From Sphagnum compactum (lineage: Eukaryota): DNA of 64,000 bases. The stretch is taken from contig OZ234493.1 in NCBI GenBank assembly GCA_965153455.1, forward strand, positions 3,224,001 to 3,288,000, read 5' to 3'. Each line of letters starts with the position of its first letter. Positions within the stretch are counted from its first letter, which is position 1. The position numbers and the translations under genes are program-made. Below are positions 11,346 through 24,401 of this stretch, one piece after another. Under the pieces are notes generated by a model. That model made no database searches, had not been told where the DNA came from, and was given only the letters and a program-made list of their open reading frames with translations.

Positions 11346-14300
11346 ACTATCATATTATAAATTTCATATTATAACATTTATTGAATTATAATAATTTTAA
11401 ATTATTACATGTTAACTATGTTATATTATAATTAAATTATAACTATTATCTGCCCACCTTCCCATGCAATAAAAAAATTGGTTAGGCTAGGCAATTTTTG
11501 GAAGGTGTATGGTCAATTTGATTAAATGTTATGTCAACATGGCCAATTTGACTAAACCTTGGCCATTTTGACTAAATGTATGGATTGACATTTGGTTAAA
11601 AATGTCACTTTAATCAAAATAATTAATCAAAGTAACCATGTGGTTTTCATGCCTCAAACTTTTAGTCAAAATGGACATCCTTTTAAAAAAATAAAATCAA
11701 AGAGGACACTTTAATTAAAGTTGAACCTTCTAAAACACCATGATTTCTTGTATTGTTAAGTTACTTGTGGAGGATGGTGATTGGAGCTAATGTTGGAGTT
11801 GTTGTTATTGGAATTACCTTTATGGAGTTGTTATCAAAATTGAATTTAATTAATTTGATTCCTACTTGGATATTAGTTTTTATTAGATACATATATACTT
11901 AAATTGATGTCATTTTGATCCATCCATTGATGTAAATGAACGACCCACATTTTGATTTGCACTTATATGCAAATATTTTCTTTTGAATTTTGCTTATGGA
12001 TTTTAATTTTAGATTTTGATTTGCATTTGGTAACTTATCCATGAAATGTTTGCCCAAGTTCTTTTCTAACATTGCACAACTGTTACATCATTTGGTAATT
12101 CTAAATTATATATTTTAAATTTTGGTATCATTCATAGTAAAATCATTTTAATTTTTGGAAATTTTCTATTTTTTTTTAATAAATGTGATAGTTAAAGAAT
12201 GTAAGCTAAGAATAATCATTTTCACCACTATCATGCACATTAAAAAAATTAAAACCTAATTAACCAAACTTGGTTAATTGGGAATTTCCCAACTCTAAAT
12301 ATTCAAAAAATTGGATTTGAGTTTTTTTGAATTGATGAAGGCCCAAATGCAACAACTTGATGACCAATCCATTATTTGGATTGCAATGCACCCTTTTTTT
12401 ATTTTGATTCTAGAACTCAAATGTCTCAATTTGTTTTAATTCTTTTTCCCCATTGAAACAAACCAAATGTTCACTATTTATAATGACTTTGGGGTGTTAG
12501 ATATGTTCTTCATCATTTGAAATGTGATTTGGTAATAAAATGTTTGTTGATGTGTTTCTAAAACAAAATTTGAGCATGCATGCTTTTTTTTAGCCACACA
12601 CAATCACCTTCCTTCATCACTCTTCATGCTTTCAATTGAATCTAAAAATTCAAAATACATATATGATGCCAAAATTCAATGCAAACATAAAATTAAAATT
12701 AAGTTTAGGAAGTTTTAAATATTTAAATTATAATAGGATGGGAAAATGTAACATTCCTTAAATAATACCTCCAAATAATACTCTCTTTGATGCACACAAT
12801 GAGAGAAATTAACACATAGTGTACCTTCGAGATATTTGGCAATTGATAATCAATTTGATTTTACAAGTTATTGAAGGAATGAAAATTATACCATAGTTCT
12901 CATTTGCATAACTCACCAACCTAAATTCCATGTATGGAACAAAATGTTAATGAAACCTTGAAGCATAAGAGGGAAAGAACAAATTATGTTCAATGTAAGC
13001 TTTGAAAGGTCATTTATTAAACGAACAATAGGTGTGACAATCTTGATTCGAAAGGAAGAAAAAAAATGATATTCACACATCTAAAATGTTCCCATCAATC
13101 AACACCATGATTAAACATACAAATGAACTACTCATGCTCAAACAACTTTTAGAATAACATTAATGCCCATGCAAAACATCCAAGTCCTTCAACCAAATTG
13201 AAACAAAAATCAAAACCCTTAACTTATAAAGTATACCAATTAGAGCAACTCTTGCAATGCATTGTATTTGAGGTGGGATTAATATTTACCATATCCAAAT
13301 TTAGTTGTAATGCTCCCCCACCCATAAACAATAATTTTTATAATACACACAAAGGGAGCAATCATTGAAACTCTATGTTTCCCTCATAAGCTTTCTAGAT
13401 ACATACTTATAATTAGAACTTTAAAACTTATATTCTTACATTTAAATGTGTTTTGAAGTGAACAAAAAATGAGAAAAAATTGTAAAAACGCAAATCATGT
13501 TTTCACATACAAGAGATTAAAAGAAAATGACATACTTGAAACAATTGATGATTCACACACGATTAACATTTTACATATGAACATGACAACATGTTGATAT
13601 TAGATGCAAAAGATAATCATATATGTCCCCATCCACATCCAACTATGCACAATAAATTGAATACAAGGATAAGCCTCAATTCCATGACTCAAAAGGTACA
13701 AGAATTTTTTTTATACAACCATGAATAGTAAATTATATCATAACCAAAGGACATAAAGAGGAAACAAATTGCACATAGCTTACCACAAGAAGCTTTGAAA
13801 ACCACTTGAAACATGAAATATTGATGAAAATTATGAAGGTGCCTTCCAAAAACAACTACGTAAAACATATAGACTGAAAAGCGCAATAATTAAACAAAAC
13901 CATCCAAAACATTGAAGGCTTGGGAAAACAAATAAGGCACCCACATGAAAAGAATTGTGGTAAAGCAAAGCACTTACGTTTCATGAGAGCTATTTGAATA
14001 GTGGTAATTAGAAAAAACTAAAAAAAATGAAGATTTCAAGGAAAATATTGAAACATCATTCAAGGAAAACCGTACAAAACATGGAAACACTATTTCAATA
14101 ATATGACCATTAGTTAGACTAAAGTTTGAACACTACCATATAAAACAAATTTAGATCATTATTTACCAATAAATTTTAAGTTTCAACCCATCAAGTTCAC
14201 TCACTATTTGTTAATGACACCTCATAAATATGTAGATGCCAAGCACAAAGGGATTGATTCATATGCTAATAGAACGAAATATATTTTCCAAAGTTAAAAC

Positions 14301-15519
14301 AATCTTAATGTTTTGGGCAAAATCCAATTGGTAGTTTTTGTCAATGACTTGCATCTTCTAAAATTATTCATCTTTGTCAAGGAAGCCCATGTGGTTGGTT
14401 TACTCTATACTTTCAACCAGGTAAAATGTTAAGAACCCATCAACATGACATCATAATACTACACCTACTTTTGAAAACCATTCATTTTTAATGCATCAAT
14501 AACCTTGATCATTTGATTACCCATTATGTAACAAAACACAAATTGTAATGTTCAAAACCTTTGTGTTTGAGGTGTTCATGATGCGAACCATGACATCGGA
14601 ATGTTAAAGGAATTGTTTGAGCAAATGGAAACATTAATAGTCCACCTAATATATAAGAGGTAAAACCATTCAAAACCAATGAAATAAACAATTGAACATT
14701 TAGTGCACATAAACTTGGTTGTCACTTGTCACCTTTTAACCTTAAAGGAAGGAAGCAATATAAACAAATTGGTACAAAGCAAGGGAGGTGCTTAAGGATT
14801 GCCACCACAATGGTTCCATCATTCTCTCCTTAATCACTTGAAACCCAACAATGGGGATTTAACTAAAAACAACCCCAAAATGTAACACCACCTCAAACAA
14901 TGCAATGGCACCAATATGAACATTGTCAATTTCATTAAGAATGACCCAAAGATTGGCACTAAGTTCTTTACTCAATAATATATGGACAAGCATAATGACA
15001 TTTGTCAACACAAGCATCCATGACAATTATCCCCCATCACCTTCACATTCACAATTGATGAAACAACAAGCGGCAAATCAAATGGTTACAAGTTTGATAA
15101 TGGAGTGGAGACAAATCAACTAGAAACTAATAAGCCAAAATTTAGGTTGACAAATTGCAACAAGTTATTTTGGTATTAGTTGCATTAGGAAGTTAGGCAA
15201 TTGCAAGAATTTTAAATTCATGATAAATGACTTTTACTTTCACGACTCTTTTTTTCATACAAACTCATGAAACGCCATCCCTATACATAAATTGAATTCT
15301 TTTTTCTTTTTCCACAAATCAAACAATTGCCATATGATAGTTGTGGAATCCCTTGCCAAATTTTAGTATCTACACTTTCATTTCCTAATATAGTTGATGA
15401 AATGCAATAACATTAGTTTTGTGAATCTTTAATAATGATGTCCAAATTTTTAATTTTTTTTGGAATTAACAATTCAAAAATTTAATCCTCTATGATGATT
15501 TTTATCTAAAAGAATGGAG

Positions 15520-16215
15520 AACTAGGATGATATTTGTGCCAAAAAGTAGACCGCTAGGATGAATTTATGTCAAAACAGTTTGGATACTAGGATGTAATTT
15601 TGTCCAAAACAATTAGACCACTAGGATGAATTTGTTTAAAAAAGATTAAACCACTGGGGGGATTTTTCAATCCTAAATAGTTAGACTAATAGGATGAATG
15701 TAGTCCAAACCACTAGGATGAATTTGGTCCCAAAGGAGTAGACCACTAGATAATTTATGTCCAAAAAGATTAGGCCACTAGGATAAATTTACATGTCCAG
15801 AAAGAGTAGACCACGAGGATGAATTTACATGTCCAAAAGGAAAGGAGTAGACCACCGGGATGAATTTACACATCCAAAAAGAGTAGACGATGAGGATGAA
15901 ATTTACATGTCTCAGAAGAGTAGACCACAAGGATGAATTTACATGTCCGAAAGGAGTAGAACATGAGGATGAATTTACATGTCCAAAAAGAGTACGAGGA
16001 TGAATTTACATGTCTAGAAGAGTGGACCACGAGGATGAATTCACATGTCGGAAAGGAGTAGAACATGAGGATGAATTTACATGTCCAAAAAGAGTAGGAG
16101 GATGAATTTACATGTCTAGAAGAGTAGACCACGAGGATGAATTCACATGTCGGAAAGGAGTAGAACATGAGGATGAATTTACATGTCCAAAAAGAGTACG
16201 AGGATGAATTTGGAC
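15520..16215. repeat. Minisatellite of 31-40 bp units (AGGATGAATTTACATGTCC..AGAGTAGACCAC) with a 102-bp higher-order repeat
   Basis: About 19 units. Units A(31)-B(35)-C(36) occur at 15965-16066 and again at 16067-16168, followed by A at 16169-16199. Units decay towards 15520. Confidence 0.95.
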
Positions 16216-16637
16216 TAAATTAGGGCCCCACAAACAAATACTTACGGATTCTTTGAAAATATTGAAACTAGTAGGCGGAGATGGGGAGGGGGGGGGGGGG
16301 GGGTGGGGAGGGTGCTTCAAATTCGTTCCAGTTTTTTTCCCCATCCTAGAAACAAAGGCCGCACTGGTATCCACCCCGTTACAGAAAGACAAGTCATAAT
16401 TCAATAAATTAAAAAATCGGAAAACTGTCTCTGTAAGTCTGGTAGTCTGGTTTCCCCCTCCCCTCCCCCATCCTTCTTCAGTGGGCTACTTAATTCTTTA
16501 TAAAGAAAGAGAGGGGGAAAAAAAAAAAAAAGCACACACACACACACACAGAGCCCAGGCAGGGTTGCCGCGCGGGAGTAGACAATGGGCAGCAGCCGCG
16601 CGGCGGCCTGATTGAACAGCGGTCAGACCACCCTCCC

Positions 16638-16645
16638 TTTCCCGC
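16638..16645 (+). promoter_or_regulatory. Consensus E2F site TTTCCCGC in the GC-rich promoter region of the TCX gene
   Basis: Exact match to the plant E2F consensus, ~650 bp upstream of the ATG. Related sites GCGGGAG (~16572) and CTTCCCGC (~16709) are nearby. Confidence 0.5.
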
Positions 16646-16854
16646 GCGGCCTCTTTCCGAACCGCGGTAGGTGGTAGTGCCTCTGACAACGACCGCGGTC
16701 CATCTCTCCTTCCCGCTCAGCAAGCGCGCTCTCTTCTCCTGCTCTTTGTCTGCTCTTTGGCAGCCTCCTTCCCTCCCCTCTCCCTCCCTATTCTCCCATC
16801 CTAAATTTGTGTTTCCAGGAATAGCTTGTCCTGCTGCGATTCATTGACTGCCTA

Positions 16855-16857
<3 letters not shown>

Positions 16858-16890
<33 letters not shown>
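16858..16890. repeat. (CT)n microsatellite in the TCX 5' leader region
   Basis: Perfect (CT)16 run. Confidence 0.95.
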
Positions 16891-16893
<3 letters not shown>

Positions 16894-17295
16894 GTCTTCT
16901 TCCCGATTCACATTCTATCATTGACTATTTTTTTAAGGAAGCTGATTCTTGTACCTCTGCAGTTCTTTCTTCTTCTTTCATCTCTGTGTCTGTATCGCCT
17001 TCCTGCTGTGACTACTGTAATACATTTTTTCGGTTTGGTGACTATCATGATACGGTAATTGGAAATGCTGCTTCTCTTAAGCTCTCGACGTTGCTGCAGC
17101 TAGACGTTTTTTCTAGCATGAGTGAATTTTGTTATACTAGTTAGTCGGTATGCGAACACTCCTGCAAGAACGAGACAGGCGAACTAGACTTCATCGGGAC
17201 CGATGCAGCTGCTGCTTCTATGGCCTGATATGTTGTAATGCAAATGCGTAGGGCTTTGAGCATCTCTCGTTGCTCAGGGCGATCAACGACACAAA

Positions 17296-20200
17296 ATGGT
17301 GACGAGAGGTGGCGGCAGAAGAGGTGGAGGAGAGAAAAGCAAAGAAGTGGATGGAGCGAAAGACATTGGCTCACCCGATAGACGCGATCCTATAGCTGCA
17401 TCAAACCATCAGGTATGTGTTTGCATTTCACGAGAAGTGTCACTGAAGTCCGTGGCTTGCTTGTGACATTAAGGATTGAGTGTCGTCGGCTAACAATCTT
17501 GCTGATCTATGCCCACGATCATAATGAGATGAGGTACAGCTGATATGTTCTGGGAGGAACGTTCATGGCAGTAGGAGGAAACTGAAACACTGGAACTCTG
17601 GTTTGCACCAAGTGTCCATCAATTCATCTGCTCATCAACATTCGAAGACCTGAGTGCTGTTGAGCATTAGGTTCCGTAGCAGCTTGCTGCTGATTGTATT
17701 TTGGAACTGCGCTATTACAGTTCTTTTTTCTTAATGGTAGTCAGCAGGATTGGTAATTAGGCCTGATAGATTGTCAATTTTTCTCTCTGCATGGCAGTGG
17801 TGTTGATGGACCAGCAGTGAGCCTCAATCCATCCTTGAATGATGTGATTGTCTCTTTTAGGGTCCTGAATTCTGCAGCAGGGGTGAAAAAGGGAGCTCAA
17901 ATTATGAGCCATGATGGTCTAACATTGGAAGGAAATGATTTTGGTGTTGCAGGAGTCTCCTCTCTTCAAATACCTGTGCAATTTATCTCCAATCAAGCCA
18001 CTGAAAGCTGTACATGTTGCACATACCTACAATGAGCTAACCTTCCCACCTGAACCACGCATATTTGCATCTCCTCGCAGCACCCAGAGGGCTTCATCTA
18101 GTTCATTAAAGAGGTAAGTAAGCAGGAGAGTGGTGATTGAATCTTTTTTCAGATGCACTGTAGGGCTTGTGGCTGATTCATCTCCAGTACATTTTGGCAG
18201 ATTTGTCCAGTTGTCTGCAGGCTTACCAGACTGATGCCCCATGTTCATAGTCTTTCTCGGTTGCTCTACTAAATTAGCTCATTGCTCAAGAGGATATGTG
18301 CTTGGGAACTAGTGTGCAAACTCTTATATTGACTGTTTCCTTCTGTCTATTCCAGAGTTGTGGTTTCAGAACGTGAGATCAAGTCGCAGTTTGCAAACAT
18401 TCGGCAAGCGGTGAAAGCAAATCCACAAGATACTGCAGTACCTAAGTTTGAGAAAGTTGCAGAGTTCAATGAGGATCATTCAGCTAGGTTGTGGATGTAT
18501 GAGGAACAAGCTGAAGCTTCCCTCAGGGCCAAATTCTTACAAGACTTCCCTCCAGAGATGGTTGATTCTGTGTCAGTGATCATCAATGACCAAGTTTCAG
18601 AGAGTTGTGATGGAGGATTGAAGAGAAGCTCTGCCTTGGACGCTGGATATCGTGATCATCATCTGAGTGTTAGACATGGTGGGGAGGCTGAACTTGATCA
18701 GGACACCACAGCAATGGCATACCTCTTGGCTGGGGATCAAGACTTTGAGCCCCAAGACAAAGAGGATGATTGGTCTGAGGACTCACTGGAAGGCTCTAGG
18801 GTATCTGCATGCCGAACATCTGAGTATCCAAAAGCTCTTAAGGATGATTTTTGTGAAGATGTCAATGTGGACATGAACACTCAGCTGGCTAATGAGGGGT
18901 CTGTTCTACAAGATCAATCAATGGTGCTGTCTCACACGGTATGATGGATGGCCTCAAACGGATCCATTTGCAATTGAAACAATGCATCTTAGAATGCCTG
19001 TATTGATTACCTGTAGTATGGAGGCCTCTAAGAAATTGACAAGTCTGTGTTCATTATTCTTTTCTGGCTGTTTGTCTACTTCTAATGTCTGATAATCATC
19101 CAAGACAACACCTTTATGACTTAAGTCATGAGACATGTTTGTTGTGGATCTGTTGCCCTGCCAAATAGATGAGAGCTTGGTCAGGGCATGTTGAAAGTCT
19201 CCAATGGACACAGAAGTTCTTGATCAGAAATAATGTATGAATGTGCAGGTCAATCCATCTGGGCAGCACCGAGGATTTCGAAGGCGATGCTTAGATTTTG
19301 ACACATCTGTAGCAAGAGGAAAGAATTTGGATACAGGCAGGAGATCATTACGACGCAGGCAGAGTATTGCAGATGTTTCTCCCTCAGTCGCCAGTGCTTC
19401 TGCTGCGGTTTCCTGTGAGAGAGCATCTGCAGCAGTTGATGCGTCCATGAGTGGATTCTCAATGTCTATGAGTGATCTGCTGAATGCAAAGGAGTGCGCA
19501 CAGGCAATGTTTAATTCTAGTGCACCTGCTACAGGTATTTTTGCTCTCTTGAGAGTGGTGCTGCTGATGTTGCTCCCTTCTAGTGCCCCATATGGGTTGG
19601 ACGTTCAAACTACTGTTAGCGAACAGCTTTGTCTCCATACTGGCATCAGCACAATATCTTGGTTTCTACTGGTTTTGTAGGCACATAATAATTGGAAAGA
19701 TGTACAGTAACCAATGGTCTTTCCACTGGTGCAGGAACAGTGGGCCTTGGTTGCAATGGTAGTGCTGGAGCTGCATCTGGCCTGTTACAAGTCTCTGGTT
19801 GCTGCATTACAGCAGGGTTGGAACCTTCTTCTGTTTCAGGTTGCTCAGGTGCACCTGTTTGCAGAACTCAAGATCTCAGCAAATGTGAAGGAGGCAATCA
19901 CACATTCAACGAGTCTAGCAACCAGGGTTGTAATCCTCTGGTGATGCCTTCCGGAATTGGCCTTCACCTTAATAGCCTTACTAGCAGCATTTCTTTCAAG
20001 CGGGACTTTCATTCAACTAGAGTTGGAAACTCAGAGGGAACCTTGGCATCAATTTTGGGAGTTGAACCATTGAAATCTGCAAGTCTCAAGGGCGATCAAT
20101 CTGATGTCTGTGCCCAAGTAGGCATGGGAAATGAGGGTCCCCCTGTGATTGCAAGTCAGAGTTTTGGTTCTGGAGTGGCATCATCATCACAAAGGAGCCA

Positions 20201-23200
20201 AACAGGGAAACAGTTTTCAGAATCTTTGCTGGGCAATAATAGTTTAAAGGTTGACACTTTGGACTTCCCGTCCCTGGATCATGAGAGTTATGGACCACCA
20301 GAAGGCAGCCTATCAGTCACAGGTGGAGATGCTATGGCTGGCTGCAGGAGTATAATTGGGCAGACAGGATTGCAAGAGCAGCAGACTGACCTTTTCCATC
20401 AGAGTGAGGTGGAAACTCCAGAAGAGTTTCTGGACAGTCCACAAAGCTTTAAGAAAAGGAGGTAAGTCTTGAATTTATTGAGATAAGCCACTGAACCTTT
20501 ACAACTTCAAGAAAAGGATCACCTGCCTTCTTTTGCGTAATTGCCTGGAGGGGAATTGCCTATCACTGGTTGTTTACCCTTGGCATGTCACTGCTAATAG
20601 TTCATGTAGGTTGTAAGCAGCTATCTTGAGTCAGTGCTTGGCAAGAGTTCTCCTTCCAGAGTAGGAGGTCACGTGAAACTTGATTTGTGCAGGCGGAAAT
20701 CAACAGTAGCTTCAGGAGATAAGTCTGGAGAAGGCTGCAAACGCTGTAACTGCAAGAAGTCCAAGTGCTTAAAATTGTGAGCTTGCGAAACACCAGCTTA
20801 CTTTTCTTGTCTTGGTTTTCTGAAGCACATTAAGCACGGAAAGTAACCTCAGAAGGACCAGTAGGATTCACTCATTGAAGTCTGGATTGTAGACATCTGA
20901 TGCCTACATACAAGTCCATCATTCCAGTATAAATGCTCTGCATAATGAGGTGTATTACACTTACAGAGTCATATGTTGATAGTTGCACTGATGCTGTCAA
21001 GATGTGGACTCCTCCTGGTGAGAAAGGAAGCTCTCTGTCAGGTTTTCAGATTCAGTGTGGTCTCTATGGTCTATGGCTCTGATGTGGCATATTTGAATAT
21101 TTTATCATGTGAAATGAATAATTTGTTGTGTTGCCAACATGCCCTTTAAATAGCTAGGATGAACTATGTTGTCTTGTTTGACCCATGCCATCTTGTACCA
21201 GCGTACTCACCCCATGTTGCACAAAAGTTCAAGCTCAATGAGAGACCATCATTGCAGTTGCTGGATCAATTATGGTTTTATTTGGGATTTGGAATGGTGT
21301 ACTGATTTTGCTTTTGATATTGAACTGTGTGACAGATATTGTGAATGTTTCGCTGCTGGCATATACTGTGTGGGCTCCTGTGCATGCCGTGAATGTCTCA
21401 ACAAGCCAGAATTTGAGGAAACAGTTCTCAACACCAGGCAGCAGATTGAATCACGCAATCCACTTGCATTTGCCCCAAAGATAGTTCAGGCTGCTGAGAT
21501 GTCCCCAACACCTGGGGTAAACTGTCTTATTATACCATTCACATTCTCCATCTGAATCCTGATTTATTTCCTTACACATTCAATGAACATGTGCCCAATT
21601 GCTCATTTATTTCCTTACACAACTGACCTATTTTCAAAAGTAGCAGACCTTGATGCAGTTGTGGGGTTTTGTAGGAAGATTCTATGGATACACCAGCATC
21701 AGCCAGACACAAGCGTGGTTGTAACTGCAAGAAATCTCTTTGCCTTAAAAAGTACTGCGAGTGCTATCAGGTAGGTGTCTGTTTGGCCTCACTGACCCTA
21801 GTGCTGTGTCTGTTCCTTGCTGCAGCTCATTCCTGCATTTGTTTTAGTCAACTCAGAACATTCTCTCTAAGGGCTGTGCAGCATTGTTGATTACCTCTCT
21901 GGCATCTATTCTGTTACAGCATCTTATAAGCTCATTCTGGCACAGCGATAGTCCAGGCTTGTGAGGCTAGTACCTTAAGAGTAAGCAAACAGGGTACTCA
22001 GTATGTATCAATGTTTCCAACAGCTAGTGATCAAAGACATTGAACAAACTTCTCATGCAAGTTCTTTTTCTGTCTGCTTCATATTCTCTTGGTGGTGCTA
22101 TTGTGCAAAGTTTTAGATGTCAGAGATATTTGAATTTGACAGAAGCACCAGTGGATCTGGTTGTGCAGGCAGGTGTGGGCTGCTCAGAGGGCTGTCGTTG
22201 TGAAGGTTGCAAGAACATGTTTGGCAGAAAAGAAGGTAATGTCTTTCATTTCTACCTTTTCCCCACATTGTAAAAAGTATCTGTACCACATCATGATTGC
22301 AGTTTCAAGAATATTATTCAATCTGCTTGTGGTTAGTTCCTCAGTACTCAATACTAGGGATAGTGCTATGGAACTGTTTGCTATGTCAGTGTCCTGCCCT
22401 TGCAACTGCCTTTGTATGAGTGGTAAGTAAATGCACGTTTTGCAAATATCATAACAAGAAGATTTGGTGGCACTGCAGGTCTATGGGGTCTGTGTGCCAG
22501 ATCCAAGACTGTACTGTTCAACTGAAATGCATTAGTTTTGACAAATATATTGTCTTGTGCTTTGCTGTGACATCATTAGAGCTCTATGATGCATGAACGC
22601 TTTCTGTGACCCTAAGGAGTTCCACTCAGCAGTGACAGGCATGATTTGTCAGTTTTTAGGGAATGAATGCTTCATTGCATCTGAGTGATGCCAGAGAAAC
22701 AAAAATGTTGAATGTCCAGTTTTTTGTCCTTTGTAACAAGGTTCTGATATCCATTCATTTAGGGGACCTCATCTAGACCATGTTGTAGGGTTTGAGCAGT
22801 CTACATTGTCAAAGGCATCCTTCCAGACTATGGTAGTTACTGGGGCATATTTGTGAATGTTCACTGTCCATGCACATTGAGATACAAATTGGATCTAACT
22901 GTCAAATTATGGATATTCTCTCAGAGATGCATACAAGATCTCTGATGGGCATGTTCCAAGAGGTCCAGATTGGCCTGGTGTATTAGTCAGAACCTTGGGG
23001 ATATCCAACAGATTCAATTATGGAGCTGAGGACCAAGGCATAGGTTCTACCTACAGTTGTATTGATGCACAAGCAACAGAATGTGATGAGTATCTTACAT
23101 TTCATGTCATTGCATGTCTTTTCTGCAGGATCCAGAGAAGAAGAAGAAAAGGATGGAAACCAGGTTTTCACTATGCAGGAGGAGCCTCAAGCAGATGACC

Positions 23201-24401
23201 CAATTGAGTTGCTGAATAGAATGAGTGGCAAATCAGAACAGTTCCGGTCCAGTGGGAACAAAAATATTTCTCCAATCACTCCATCCTTTGAGAATGATGG
23301 GTATGAACTTGCGAGGAATTAATCTATTCCTGTTTGTAAGCTCCAGAATTGCAGTATGTTAGAAATACATGTCACATTTTGAGCCCTTGAAACTGTTTGC
23401 TCTGGAAACCCTTGCTTTGGCCAAAATTGGAAGTTTAGGGTATTCTTTGGCCAAATTGGCTTCCCCAATTTTGATGGATTGCTGCTATTCCTATTTGAAT
23501 TTGCCACAACTATCTAACAGATCACCATTGGGACATGATGTTTTTGTGCAGGATGGGGCTGAGATCAGCAAGCAGGAAGCGTGCTCCTCATGATGAGCAT
23601 TGCAGTTCTCCCTTACTGCATCAGGCTGGATCAAGGCTATCCAAGTTTCCAACCTGGTTCTCAAATACATTAGATGGATTTCAGTTGGCTGCTTACTCAC
23701 AAGGTGCAATGGAACTCTCAATGAGTGGAGGGGGTGAATCCCCTATGACTACCATGAATCTCTCAAGGATTGGCCATCTTTCTCCTCAATGGGAAGGCCT
23801 TGCTGACATTTGCACCCTGACACCGCTGCCAATGGCCCCACCTCGGCCCACACCAACCTCTGTCACAACCTTAGATAGGTCTGGACTGTCTCCCTGTTTT
23901 AGTTCACAGTTAATTGATCCCTCATGTAATGGTGGGTCTTCTGCCACCAGACACAATCATAGTCTGGGCAAGCTGCTGAGAAGGTCACCACCCAGATTTA
24001 GACAGCCAGCTGCTCGGTCTCCATTGAATTTCAAGACTCAGCAGGATAGATGCAACCAGAATCAATCTTTGTCTTCAACCCATCTGTCACAGGAGCACTC
24101 ACAAGGTGGGAAACACAATGCTCTGTCAATCAATTCAAGTGGAGAAGATGATGACATCCATGATTCCTTGAGATGCCCAGAAGTTGCTTCTCCACTCCAG
24201 ACCACCATCACCAAGTCTGGGTCCCCAAATCAGAAGCGGGTGAACCCACCACGACAAGGTGGTTCCCTGGAGCAGGGGCCAAGTAAGGCTGGTGGTGGAA
24301 TGCTGATGAGCTCGTCTCCTGGGCTGAGGAGCAGTTGCAAATTCACTCTCCAGGCACTTCCCTCCCTGCCACCACTGACTCCACCATTCAGTTGCAGTTG
24401 A
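17296..24401 (+). CDS. Tesmin/TSO1-like CXC (CRC/CPP domain) protein, LIN54/DREAM-type, ~1107 aa, 11 exons
   Basis: Exons 17296-17412, 17953-18113, 18356-18938, 19249-19534, 19735(or 19708)-20461, 20693-20776, 21336-21516, 21675-21770, 22169-22235, 23129-23300, 23552-24401; all GT-AG and in frame. Motifs: [37 protein letters not shown]1 [19 protein letters not shown], hinge [15 protein letters not shown]2 [29 protein letters not shown]. Confidence 0.93.

Noticed and set aside
15866-16404. ORFs 15866-16168 and 16108-16404, and a CRISPR-like look of the repeat
   Set aside because: These are translations of the minisatellite and the G-tract; there are no unique spacers.
19681-19691. Splice acceptor TTTTGTAG at 19680 for TCX exon 5
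   Set aside because: Using it gives in-frame stops (GGC ACA TAA TAA); acceptors at 19707 or 19734 keep the frame.
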